Shown one piece after another: positions 18,023-27,800 of a stretch of 32,178 nucleotides of DNA; positions within the stretch are counted from its first letter, which is position 1; every line of letters begins with the position of its first letter. The DNA lies in NCBI GenBank assembly GCA_039683575.1, contig JBDKRC010000070.1:1-32178 (forward strand). Direction: 5' to 3'. Below the pieces are notes generated by a model. That model had not been told where the DNA came from, searched no databases, and worked only from the letters and a program-made list of their open reading frames with translations. The DNA comes from Armatimonadia bacterium (GTDB taxonomy: Bacteria > Armatimonadota > Zipacnadia > Zipacnadales > UBA11051). A program made the translations under genes and the position numbers.

Positions 18023-20965
18023 TCAGCGACGCTGCAGGCGATAGATGCGAGTGACGCCTGCTGGCAGGTCCTGCTCGATGACTGACAGGCCCTTGCCCAA
18101 CGGCTTTCCGGTTACAAGTTCAGTGACGTCAGCGGCGACCGGCAGGGCGAGGCGCTTCACGCCTGCCGTCGCCGTGTGGATGACGGCATAGCCGGCGTTG
18201 GCGAAGAAGGGGTCGTAACTGTCGGAGTAGACATGCACGCCTGCGTAGCGACACAGGCCGTTGAGTAGCTCGCGCTTGAGCGGCAACGCTGAGTACACCG
18301 AACGCCAGCTTCCGAACTCCCGGACCGCCAGCGTGGGCTTGCCGGAAGTCGTGCCCAGGATTGTCGCGCCAGGATCCGTGACGCTAAAGCTTGGTGTCAG
18401 CGACCACTTCTCCTGGCGCCTGGCGGGGGCGGCGGAGGTGATGGGATGCTTGGGCCCGGTGACCGCAAGGTCGTAGGGCATGGGCTCGTTGCTCGCTTTG
18501 ATGGTCAAACCGGTCAAAGCGGCCATGGCACTCTCATCGAAACCTGTATCGGTCACATACCCCGGCGCGTAGACCCAGGCGGCGGTCTTCCCTTGCCGCT
18601 TAACCACGGCGTCAATCTTCGCCCGTGTAAAGGCGTCAAGTTTGAAGGCATTGAGGAAGATATAGAGCTTGTACTGCGGCAGCTTCGGGTTGCCTATGTC
18701 GGAGAGCAGGTAAGTGTCGAAAGGCGCGCCCATGCAACCGGCTTCAGCGAGAGCACCACGTAGCAGGGGGCGGATGGTGGTGTAGTCGCCGGTTGCATAG
18801 TGCATGCTCGGCTCGTCGGCAAAGATAGCGACTTCGGCCATCGGGGCGCGGTCGTCAGTGAGGGCCGTCTCGCACGCCGTGCGCAGCCGGGCGACGTCAT
18901 CCATGATCTCGGCCTGATGGAACGTGCAGTTGCCCGCCAGCAGGAACCACCAGAGGCTGGTGCCCTTCGTGAGGGAGTAGCCGGTCGCGCGTTCGAGCAC
19001 TGAGAGGGTCTCGGGGAGGTCGTCGGTCCGGTACTCGATCTGGTCGGGATAGAGGTGGGTGCGCGTGTCTACCTCGTCCCAGAACAGCTTGCCGTGCAGG
19101 CGATAGCTGCCGGCATAGGCGGAGACGAAATCCCCGATCTGGCCGCCGCGGCGCAGGTCATAGGCGGTGGGGGAGGCCAGGAAGTCCACCTCGGGCGCGG
19201 CGAGCACGTCGGCGAGGCCCTGGAAGCCGTCCTGAGCCATGCAGTACGTCGAGTAGCCGTAGAAGACCCCTGCGATTTTGCTCCCCTTGGTCTCCTCTTT
19301 GACGATCCGGCAACTGCGGATGATGTTACGGCTCACCATGGCGCTCATGAAGCGGCGGTAGTCGATGACTGGACGGGCCCTGACCGGGTCGCGGAAGATA
19401 CCGTGCGTGGTCACTGACCGCACGTCCGGCGGGGGCGGCTGCGCTGTCTCGAAACTCGCTGCGGGGTCGCCCCATGCCCGCCGTAGAGCCTCCACGTTTC
19501 CGCCGTACTGCTCGCCTAGCCAACTGCGGTAGCGTTTGATGGCGGCAGGGCAGAAGTCTGTGCGGCCATGCTCCCCCCACCAGAACCACTCACTGGCGTT
19601 GCCGCCGGCAGGATGGTAGCCGATGATGTGAGCGGCATAGGGGCTGGCTTCCATGTGGCGGATCACGTCGCGTAGCATCACCTCATAGGTCTGCTCCCAT
19701 AGCTCCGAGGCCAGCGAAGCCTGCTCAGCGGGCTTACCGCCGAAATTGGCGCAGATCTCATCAGGGTGCTGGGCCAGCCACCACTTGGGCGGGTTGAGCT
19801 TCAGACGTGGAAGAAGCAGGGCGTTGGGGTTGGCCGCGAGGATGGCGGCGATGCGGGCGTCTATCTTCGCAAAGTCATACTGCCCCGGCCCGAGCCACCA
19901 CCCGTAGCAGCCTTTGCCGGGCGTTGCCCAACTCCAGAAGATCTCGCTGTAGAGGTCCACGCCGGAGGCTGCAAAGTCCCGGCACGACTTAGTGATCATC
20001 TCGTCCGAGGCGTAGGGCTCCGGCATCATCGCCATGCCGTAGACGGGCTTGCCATTGACATGCAGCATGGGATAGCCGCCATGCATCTTAATGGCGGTCT
20101 GCGTCGGCCCCCGGCCGACGCGATCGAGGGGCAGGTGCTTCTCCCACTCGGCCACTCGTGGCAGAACTGTCTTGAACTCGGGGTCGTAACCTTCCGGTAG
20201 CGGGCGCTGGATGGTCAGCGGTTTGTCACTCTTGCCCTGGCGCTCGTACTGGTACAGAGCCGCAATCTCTCCCGCCGGCAGGGCGCGGCCGTAGACCCTC
20301 ACGTCATCAATCAGGCCGCTCAGCATGTATGAGCGTGCCCCGCTGTCGGCATGAGCCTCGCCGATAAGCAGCGGATGCTGGTTGGGCACAAGGTGGTTGA
20401 CGGGGCTTCGACCTTCGAGGAGCTTTTCACCGTTCAGATAGAGGCTGATGAGGCCACGGTCGAAGGTTGCTGCGACGTGGTTCCAGTGCAGCGGCTTGAC
20501 CGCTGGTACGCTCGCCAGCGGGACCGGCTCGGCGCCAGGAATGAGGAAATTGCCCCCGTTGCGCATGATCCCCTGCCACTGGCCGTTTTCGTCCTTGAAC
20601 TTGAACTCTGGACGGCCATCGAACAGCGAGAGGTAGAAGTGGATGTCCTGCACCTCGCTGCCCTGGCGCTTGCCCTTGTAGAGCAGCGACCAGTACGACG
20701 AGGGGCGTTCGGAGGGCGCGATCCAAACGGATAGTGTCAGTTGCTCCACCGCACGATCCAGGTCGGCTGCGGGTACGGACACGCTGCTGTACTGGCTGAT
20801 GAGCAGGGCGCCGTCCTGCATGCGTGGCGTGCCGGTGACCCGGCAGCCCGCGAGGTCGCCAAAGCCCAGTCGGAGGAGCAGGCCCTGGTCCAGGGGGTTC
20901 GGCTGAGCGTAGGCGCCTGCGCAGCCAAGCAATACTATCGAGAACAGCGCGGCGGCGATTTTCAT
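18023..20965 (-). CDS. Secreted LamG-domain + GH42-like (beta-galactosidase-like) glycoside hydrolase
   Basis: Start moved from 21043 to the ATG at 20965 (GGAG RBS, signal peptide MKIAAALFSIVLLGCAGAYA-Q; 980 aa). LamG motifs LTLSVWI, WNHVAATFD, LYLNG and GLIDDVRVYGRAL. GH42-like elements GQYDFAKID, ASEWFWW, RYRSWLGEQYGGNVEALRRAWG, and a trimerisation-like segment YKLYIFLNAF. Confidence 0.7.
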   Translation of the reverse strand: MKIAAALFSIVLLGCAGAYAQPNPLDQGLLLRLGFGDLAGCRVTGTPRMQDGALLISQYSSVSVPAADLDRAVEQLTLSVWIAPSERPSSYWSLLYKGKRQGSEVQDIHFYLSLFDGRPEFKFKDENGQWQGIMRNGGNFLIPGAEPVPLASVPAVKPLHWNHVAATFDRGLISLYLNGEKLLEGRSPVNHLVPNQHPLLIGEAHADSGARSYMLSGLIDDVRVYGRALPAGEIAALYQYERQGKSDKPLTIQRPLPEGYDPEFKTVLPRVAEWEKHLPLDRVGRGPTQTAIKMHGGYPMLHVNGKPVYGMAMMPEPYASDEMITKSCRDFAASGVDLYSEIFWSWATPGKGCYGWWLGPGQYDFAKIDARIAAILAANPNALLLPRLKLNPPKWWLAQHPDEICANFGGKPAEQASLASELWEQTYEVMLRDVIRHMEASPYAAHIIGYHPAGGNASEWFWWGEHGRTDFCPAAIKRYRSWLGEQYGGNVEALRRAWGDPAASFETAQPPPPDVRSVTTHGIFRDPVRARPVIDYRRFMSAMVSRNIIRSCRIVKEETKGSKIAGVFYGYSTYCMAQDGFQGLADVLAAPEVDFLASPTAYDLRRGGQIGDFVSAYAGSYRLHGKLFWDEVDTRTHLYPDQIEYRTDDLPETLSVLERATGYSLTKGTSLWWFLLAGNCTFHQAEIMDDVARLRTACETALTDDRAPMAEVAIFADEPSMHYATGDYTTIRPLLRGALAEAGCMGAPFDTYLLSDIGNPKLPQYKLYIFLNAFKLDAFTRAKIDAVVKRQGKTAAWVYAPGYVTDTGFDESAMAALTGLTIKASNEPMPYDLAVTGPKHPITSAAPARRQEKWSLTPSFSVTDPGATILGTTSGKPTLAVREFGSWRSVYSALPLKRELLNGLCRYAGVHVYSDSYDPFFANAGYAVIHTATAGVKRLALPVAADVTELVTGKPLGKGLSVIEQDLPAGVTRIYRLQRR

Positions 20966-21032
20966 GGCGATCTCCGGCCTCTGTAGGTATTCCAGCAGGC
21001 ACGTCCAAACCACGACAGGAAGACGGGGCTGG

Positions 21033-24000
21033 CTATGGCTCACGGACGACTCGCCAGCGGCGCATATTGCATAGCCCTCCGCCGGAGCCCGTGATCTGGA
21101 TGACTAGCGGCTGAGGGCCGGCGATGTTCCGGGGAAGCGGCAGGCGGACTGTTGTATAGGTTTGGTAATCCCCGGTGGATTTGAGCGCGATTTCACCCAG
21201 AAGGACGCCCTTCTGGTCAGCCACTTTGAGGACGCGAAGCCGGCCATTGGAGGTGGTGGGCGGCACTGACACCTCGCACTCCATGACTGCCGTGCCCGCA
21301 GCGTCGCCGAAATCGATTAGTCCCCAGCAAAGCGAGCCCCCATCACCGATCCAGCCCACGAAAGCGCCGTCAGCCGAGGCCCGGGCGCGCACCAGCTTCG
21401 GGGCCGATGCGGCGGGGATCCATTCGGCGGCAGAACGCACCGCCAGCTCTGGTACCACCCACGGGTTGCGCCCGTCAAGTTCGGCGTGCTTCCGTTCGGG
21501 CGTCATGCCTGCCTCGTCGTCAAAGCGCTTGAGGCTTGCGAACAGCTCAGCAGCAGCGGTGGCCAGCGCAGCGTGCTTGGCGGCGCTGGGATTGCCGCCG
21601 GTGAGCAGCCAGGCCGTGAGGCCGTAGCCGGGGACAGTAACGCTCCGCGCCTCCTGACGGGGCCACGAAATGGTAGCCGGCGCTTGCCCCTCGTGGTACT
21701 CCAGCGCCTGCAGAGCCTTGCCCGACAGTCCCCACGCCTCGAGACGTGGTATGAACTTGACCGTGACGGGGTCGCAACTGGTGTTGGTCAGCAGCACCGC
21801 CACGCTGTCTTCGAGCCGCCAGACGCTATGCAAGACTGCCGGCGTCGTGATGATGCGCGGGCCGTAGAACCCCCAGTCGGCGGTCACGGTCGGCACTGGC
21901 TCCACGAACCGCCCGGGCTTGAGCATGTCGCCCGAGTTGAAGAATGGCAGGAAAGCCTTGCGCGTGTAGGCCAGCTTCTTAACGAAAGCCTGGAAGGCCG
22001 GGTTGCTGGTCAGATGGCTGACATTGAACCAGCCGATCTGTTCCCCATAGAGCATCTGCTCGGCGGCTTTGGGGAAGAGCGCCTCGTAGGTGGTGTCGTC
22101 GAAGTGCCTGCCAGTGAACTGGGTACGCCCCGCGTAGATCGCCTGGAAGGCCGGCACATGCCCGATGTCCACAAAGCGCCACGGCAGCGTGCCGTCGAAT
22201 ACGTGCATGTATGGCTCGGCGGCATCCTCGCTGTCAAAAGCGACCTCCGGATGCGCAGCCTTCGCTTCGCGACGGATGCGGCTCATCATTGGCCAGTAGC
22301 CCTGCTCAAGCCAGGCCTCTCCCGCACCTGCCGCATGAGGGTGGCTGCGGTCGAAACATGGCCGTGGCCGGGCCGCGGAGACCTGATCGAGGTAGATTGC
22401 CGGAACCCCATAGCCTGCCAGTTGGCCGCAGAGGTCCGCCATCGTCTGTTGCCATAGAGGTGTCGCCGGGCACATTGGCGAGAACGACTTATTGTTGTAG
22501 CCTTCAAGGTACGGCTTGCCGTCAAGGTCCTTGGTTGTAGCGGGGAGCGCAACGGAGGTGTACTGGAAGTCCTCGTCCCCTCGGTCACGCGTCTCCCAGA
22601 GCCGCCCATTGATATAAGGCTTGGCATATATCCCTTCGGCCTTCAGCCGCGACACAGTGTCCGCAAACCCCTCGCGGGCAGTGAAGTGGGGGTAATCGTC
22701 ATCGAACTTCTCGGTATTCCACCCGTACCAGTGCAGCCCGACGGGCAGCCCGAGTGAGCGACGCTGCTGGATCAGGGCGTCTACCGCAGCCGTGCTATTG
22801 GCGTTGCCGATGAACCAGACCGTCAGGTTGCGATACCAGTCAGGCGTGTCCTGACGGGTTCGCGAGGCCGGCCACCAGTCGGCGGTTCGGGCGAAGCGCT
22901 TGTAGAGTTGGGCTGCGTCGAACCAGTCCCCCTCAAACAGCTCAACCGCGACATCACCGCTGCTGCGAAAGCCGTTACCGCCCTCGCCCGGGCAACCTAC
23001 GAACCACAGCGCCGCCAATTCGCAGTCGTTGTCTGCTCCACCGGCCAGCAAGGTCTTGCTGCGGGCCTTACCGTCCTCGCAGGCCACATAGATGCCCCGG
23101 CTATCGTCATAGTAGGCGAAGAACTGCATGTGTGCCGCGCCCGAGGGGTAGGCGCCCTCATAGCTCAGATGCGTGCGGACCGGGTTGGGCTGCACCACCC
23201 CGGACATCCGTGGCACCAGCAACTGGTCGGTGCCATCCTCGAGACGGCGGAGCCGAAGCTGCGGGAAGCGCACTTCTCGCAGGGCTATCTGAGGGTTACG
23301 GTTGTCCACCGCGAGGGTCAGGGACAAGCGAGCCCCGTTCAGCCGCAGCTCGGACCGCACCTCACCCGCGAAAGGCTGCTCTTGGGTGGGCCGGTGCCTC
23401 CACCGCAGGACCGCGCTGTGAGCGGCCCGGTTGACGGTCACAGTCGCCGTCAGCGAGGTGGCGCTGCTGTCCAGTCGGCGCCGCTCCCCGCCGCGGGGTG
23501 GGTCATATGCCAGTGACCAGAGTTCGCGCTGTTCGCCGAAGGTCTCGCGCCCGGACGCCAGATCGAACAGGCTGCAGAGCGCTGTCGCGCCGGGGCGGGC
23601 CGCAAAGAAGGCGATGCCAATCCGGCCGTTGTCCAGGAATTCGAACTCCGGATGGGCCTTCACGAACACCTGGAGTGGGTTGGCCTCGGGTTTTTGGGCG
23701 AGACGTTGCACCGTCTCCAGGTAGGGCAGTATCGCAGCTTGGCTATCTGCGTGGTTAGCGGTCTGCGTCGCCGCTGCCAGCAACTGCTTCAGCACCCGGT
23801 CGCGGGGCCGGGCCACGGCGGCCACTGCCGCTCGCGTCTGCGCCAGCAGAGGCTGGTAGCGCGGGTCGGTGTCGGCCGTGTGCTTGAAGGTGACCTTCGC
23901 CAGCTTCTCCTGCTTCAGCAATTGGTTGAGTTCAGACCCGGTGATTGCGCGGGGGTAGACGGCCGCCTGTGCGATCTCGCCATGGAAAAACCACGGGCCG

Positions 24001-24641
24001 CCCCAGCCCCTGCCAAGGTCCAGGTCGGCGTCAGTGGTGGCGGCTGTGTAGTTGAGAATCTCCCGGCCAGCTACCATCTCACCGTTCAGGAACATCCGCA
24101 CATAATAGCCAACCCGGCCCTGCGGCGGCTCGTTGATGCGCTCCACTATCACTGCCACATGCGTCCATACCCCCGGCTGGCACTGCCCGCCAGTCACCCC
24201 CGCCGCCCACTCTTTCCCGTTGTGCAGGTTGAAGTAAAGGCGCTCCCTGGAGCGTCCGAGCAGGTACTCCCGGTCCTTGAACAGGATCATGTCATGGCTG
24301 TCGGGCTGAGCTTCAACGGTGCCGGAGTCGGCAAACCGGACCGCGGCGAGGATGGTGAAGCCCTCGTCGCCAACGTGCAGCCCAGCGGACCCCGGTACCT
24401 CAACACACCCGGATAGACCATCAAGCTGGAGCGCGCAGCCTGCTTCCGCGCCGGGCAGCGGAACGATCTTCGCGGCCCCGCGCAGCCGTCCCGATAGCGC
24501 CGGGCCAGCCAGGTTAGCGATGGTTCCGTCTGCACCGGCCGCGCCGAAGTCATAGCTCAGGATCGGCCCCTCAACCGCAATGCCGGCGGAATACGTTCCC
24601 CACAGGCAGAACGCGACCAGGACAATTGTACGCCTCGACAT
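21033..24641 (-). CDS. Secreted LamG + DUF6259-like putative glycoside hydrolase + C-terminal CBM6-like module
   Basis: 1202 aa with GGAG RBS and signal peptide. LamG motifs ALQLDG, WTHVAV and FHGEIAQAAVYPRAI. DUF6259-like motifs GDWFDAAQLYK, HWYGW, KPYINGRLW, IYLDQV, CFDRSHPH and SEDAAEPY. The C-terminal WIGDG...IDFG...STGDYQTYTTV resembles CBM6. Confidence 0.7.
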   Translation of the reverse strand: MSRRTIVLVAFCLWGTYSAGIAVEGPILSYDFGAAGADGTIANLAGPALSGRLRGAAKIVPLPGAEAGCALQLDGLSGCVEVPGSAGLHVGDEGFTILAAVRFADSGTVEAQPDSHDMILFKDREYLLGRSRERLYFNLHNGKEWAAGVTGGQCQPGVWTHVAVIVERINEPPQGRVGYYVRMFLNGEMVAGREILNYTAATTDADLDLGRGWGGPWFFHGEIAQAAVYPRAITGSELNQLLKQEKLAKVTFKHTADTDPRYQPLLAQTRAAVAAVARPRDRVLKQLLAAATQTANHADSQAAILPYLETVQRLAQKPEANPLQVFVKAHPEFEFLDNGRIGIAFFAARPGATALCSLFDLASGRETFGEQRELWSLAYDPPRGGERRRLDSSATSLTATVTVNRAAHSAVLRWRHRPTQEQPFAGEVRSELRLNGARLSLTLAVDNRNPQIALREVRFPQLRLRRLEDGTDQLLVPRMSGVVQPNPVRTHLSYEGAYPSGAAHMQFFAYYDDSRGIYVACEDGKARSKTLLAGGADNDCELAALWFVGCPGEGGNGFRSSGDVAVELFEGDWFDAAQLYKRFARTADWWPASRTRQDTPDWYRNLTVWFIGNANSTAAVDALIQQRRSLGLPVGLHWYGWNTEKFDDDYPHFTAREGFADTVSRLKAEGIYAKPYINGRLWETRDRGDEDFQYTSVALPATTKDLDGKPYLEGYNNKSFSPMCPATPLWQQTMADLCGQLAGYGVPAIYLDQVSAARPRPCFDRSHPHAAGAGEAWLEQGYWPMMSRIRREAKAAHPEVAFDSEDAAEPYMHVFDGTLPWRFVDIGHVPAFQAIYAGRTQFTGRHFDDTTYEALFPKAAEQMLYGEQIGWFNVSHLTSNPAFQAFVKKLAYTRKAFLPFFNSGDMLKPGRFVEPVPTVTADWGFYGPRIITTPAVLHSVWRLEDSVAVLLTNTSCDPVTVKFIPRLEAWGLSGKALQALEYHEGQAPATISWPRQEARSVTVPGYGLTAWLLTGGNPSAAKHAALATAAAELFASLKRFDDEAGMTPERKHAELDGRNPWVVPELAVRSAAEWIPAASAPKLVRARASADGAFVGWIGDGGSLCWGLIDFGDAAGTAVMECEVSVPPTTSNGRLRVLKVADQKGVLLGEIALKSTGDYQTYTTVRLPLPRNIAGPQPLVIQITGSGGGLCNMRRWRVVREP

Positions 24642-24662
24642 GACACTATCTCTCCATTTACA

Positions 24663-24763
24663 GAAATCCCTCTGGGCCTCGCTCGCGTACCGCTACTGCC
24701 CGGCAGCCTGCCCGCTGCTCCCGGCCTTTCACTCCGGGAACAGGCAAGCGAGGGTCAGATTCC
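24663..24763 (-). other. Intercistronic structured RNA element (nested stems) upstream of the LamG-DUF6259 gene
   Basis: Two 10-bp stems (24677-24686/24744-24753 and 24715-24724/24734-24743) plus an outer 6-bp pairing (24663-24668/24758-24763). Each has one mismatch that becomes a G-U pair only on the minus (transcribed) strand. Confidence 0.5.
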
Positions 24764-24824
24764 GGACAATCAATTGCCGCCCTCCGCTGGAAAGTGATCA
24801 CGGCGCCGACATGCCCGACCGGCG

Positions 24825-27800
24825 CTACTGCAGACGGAACGTTTGTTTGGCACTGGTTCCGGTGGCCACATCACGGATCGTGGCTTGCCATTGACCGGGA
24901 GGGTCGTTGAGTGCCAGCGGGATGACCATGTCCAGTCGCCCGGCCTGAGCCGTCAGGTTGCGGGTGTAGGCGAACACGGGCGTCGACTGACCGGGCGCAG
25001 TCAACTCCAAGTGCAGGACGTGGTCGGTGGGACGGGTGTTGCACCGTACGTCCGCGACGATTCGCAGCTCTTTGCCCTCTACGCGGCACCGCAGTCCCAA
25101 GCCCTCGACCCGGTACGGCAGGAGCGCCAGGAAGCGCGCCTCGCCGGCCGGTATCCCAACCTGGAGCCGGTCGCAGTGCCCCAGGAGCTTGCCGGCGCGG
25201 GCATCGTACACAAAGCGGCGCTCCGGCAGCCGCAGCACCACGTCTCCCTCCCGGGCCGCTTCTGTTGTCGCCGCACGCACCAGCCCGAGGAACTGCGCCT
25301 CGCCCAGGGCGTACCGGTACGCCTCTGTCTGGGCGGGTAGGCCGCCCTCGGCCAGTTGCAACGACAGGGCCGCCCGGACGCCCAGCTTCGTCAACGCACT
25401 GTCGAGAGCCGCTGCCTGCTGCGCGGTGGCTGAGGCCCCCAGGCAGACGCCCCGCTTCCCGTCGAAGACGTCCGCCAGCGGTGACGCCGGCCTCGGACCG
25501 CCGTGGGCCGTCTGCGTCGCTGGCAGCAGATCAGCCAGCAGCCCGCCCCCCCTGGCGACGAAGCCCTTGAGGGCCGCTACCGTCTCATCCGACAGCGCCA
25601 CGCAGGACGGCAGGACGATCAGCGACACGCCCTCGAGGTTCTTGGGTGTCAGTTGCTCGGGGAGAGCATAGCGGTAGCAAAGTCCGGCGCGCTTGAGCGC
25701 CGCCGCCAGGGCATCGTCGGATGCGGCATAGCGCTGATAGCCCGTGTCCGCGGGTCGTCCGACCTGCATGGCTGGCCCCGCATACAGGCTGTGCAAGCTA
25801 GCTTGCGAATGCACCACCAGCGCCTCCGCGTCGGCAGGGCGCGCCAGCCGCAACAGGCGGCCGATGCCGCCTTGCAGGTCCTGTGCTGCCGTGCTGACAG
25901 CGACGCTGCGCCCGGTGGGGCGCCAGAGCGGATCGAGCATCTGCCACGGCGTGAAGCCATCCTTGCCCGTATAGGCCCAGGGCTCGATCGGATCCCACCA
26001 GATCGGGCAAACACCCCCGTTGAAGGCAAACCACCACAGGAATCGGCCGCACTCTGGTGCGGCGGACTCGTAGCCGAACCATGAGGTCAGCGGGGCCTGC
26101 GACCACGACCTGTTGCGGTCTACCACGTGCCGGTGGAAGTAGCGCAGCAAAATCTCCTCATTTGGCACCCACAACGAGAAGTCCGTGCCGGAGAGCGAGT
26201 TGTATGAGTAGGGGTTGGTGAAGCTGAGCTTGACGTCCGGGAACTTCGCGCGGACGGCCTGATGCGCCGTGGCATAGGCCTGCGCCCATACGCGGTCCAT
26301 GTACAGGCGGAAGTCCACCCAGCGCGCGGGGTTCGTCTGGCCCTGCATGTCCCTGAGCAGCGGGATCGTGATTTCCTCGAAGCTACCATAGGCCGTGCCC
26401 CACTCGCGGTTGGCTTGCGCGATGGTTCCGTAGCAGGTCCGGGCCCACGCCTGAAAGCCCGACCGGCAGAAGTCACAGGCGCAGAGTTCCTCATTGCCCT
26501 GCTGCGAGAGGTGGGTTTCATCATCCATGTTGTAGCCGAAGAAGCCCCAGGGGCGTTTCGCCGCGACGGTGGCCGTGACGCGGTCGGCGAGCGCCGCCAG
26601 TTGGGCCGGGTCGCTGAAGCAACGAACCCGCACGTTCTTCGTGCCGCTGTTGCGCATCCCGGCACTGACAACCCCGCCGAAGGCCGGGAAGCCGCGTCGG
26701 ACCAGGTACTCGCTGACGGTACAGGAACGCACGCCCTGAGCCCGCAGGAAGCTGACCAGTTCATCGCGCAGATACTCGGGGCAGCGCACCTGCATCGCGG
26801 CATAGCCCACCGCCAGGGTGAAGTCGTCCAGATCATCAGCGGCGGCCAGCGGCACCAGTACCTCTGCTGTGGCGTGGTCCACCACGGTCGAGCCGACCAG
26901 GGCAGAGACAACGACTCGATGGTATACCGAGAGCGGGCTGGCCACGCGTAGGGACATCGTCAGCGGCTGTGTGCCAGTGGCGGACGGCGTTGCTTCAGTC
27001 CGCGAGGTCACGCGCCCAAAAGCGTCCACCAGTTCCGCCCGGATCGTCGGTTTGACGCCGGTGGCAATCGCGCAAGTAGCCTGCACTGTGAATTGCGCCT
27101 CGGGGGCCAACTCACCCGGAGCCGCGACACTCTGGATCGTCACCGGCGGCGTCACGTCGGGCATGGGCTTGGCGGCGCAGTCCAGGGCGTGACCGGCGGC
27201 ATCGCGCAGCAGAGCCCGGACGATCACCGGCCCGCGCACTATGGCGGCTGCGGCTGGTGAATCGAATGTCACCGTCGCCGGGCCGTCGGCTCCGGGCGTG
27301 ATGGTGCGCCTCAGGGTACCCAGTCGCCCCAATCGGCCGTCCCAGCACACCTCAACCTCGAGGGGCTGCTTCGCTGCTCCGACCGCCTGCAGGGATACCA
27401 CAGGCCCGGTCGTCAGGGCCGTAAGAGGTGCTGGACGGGTGCGCCTCGCTGCCCACAGGGCGGTATGGCACAGGGCGGCCCAGCGGTACTCCCAGTACTC
27501 GGCAAGGCCAGGTGTGAAGGGCGTGAGGCCGCTGACGGGTTCCGACCAGGTGAGGCGGGCAATGCGCCCCTGGCCGAGTTCGCCTGTCCCGAGGGACTTG
27601 AGGGCCGACGGGCCGGCGGAGGTCGCTGTGAGAGCGGTTGCGTCCAGGGCCCCCAGCAACTCCGGCCACCGCTCGGCCGGGAGGTCGCGGGTGGCCAGGG
27701 CCGTACGCAGGCGTTTGTGCTGGTCCGGATCGGCCGGCCCGCCCCCCGCCACCGGGTCCACGCACAGCACCCCGACGCCGCGCTCAACCGCCCCCAGCAA

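Noticed and set aside
20900-20965. Possible lipobox (LLGC) in the LamG-GH42-like signal peptide
   Set aside because: It is followed by a good signal peptidase I site (AYA-Q) like those of neighbouring proteins. A lipoprotein call cannot be supported without SignalP.
3257-24641. Two proteins of exactly 1202 aa (3257..6865 and 21033..24641)
   Set aside because: They have different domain content and no visible sequence similarity, so the equal length is a coincidence.
24663-24763. Match of the structured leader to a c-di-GMP-I riboswitch, hammerhead ribozyme or SRP RNA
   Set aside because: Core motifs are absent: no GCAAAC/GACGCAAAGC, no CUGAnGA core, and no SRP GGAA-loop consensus.
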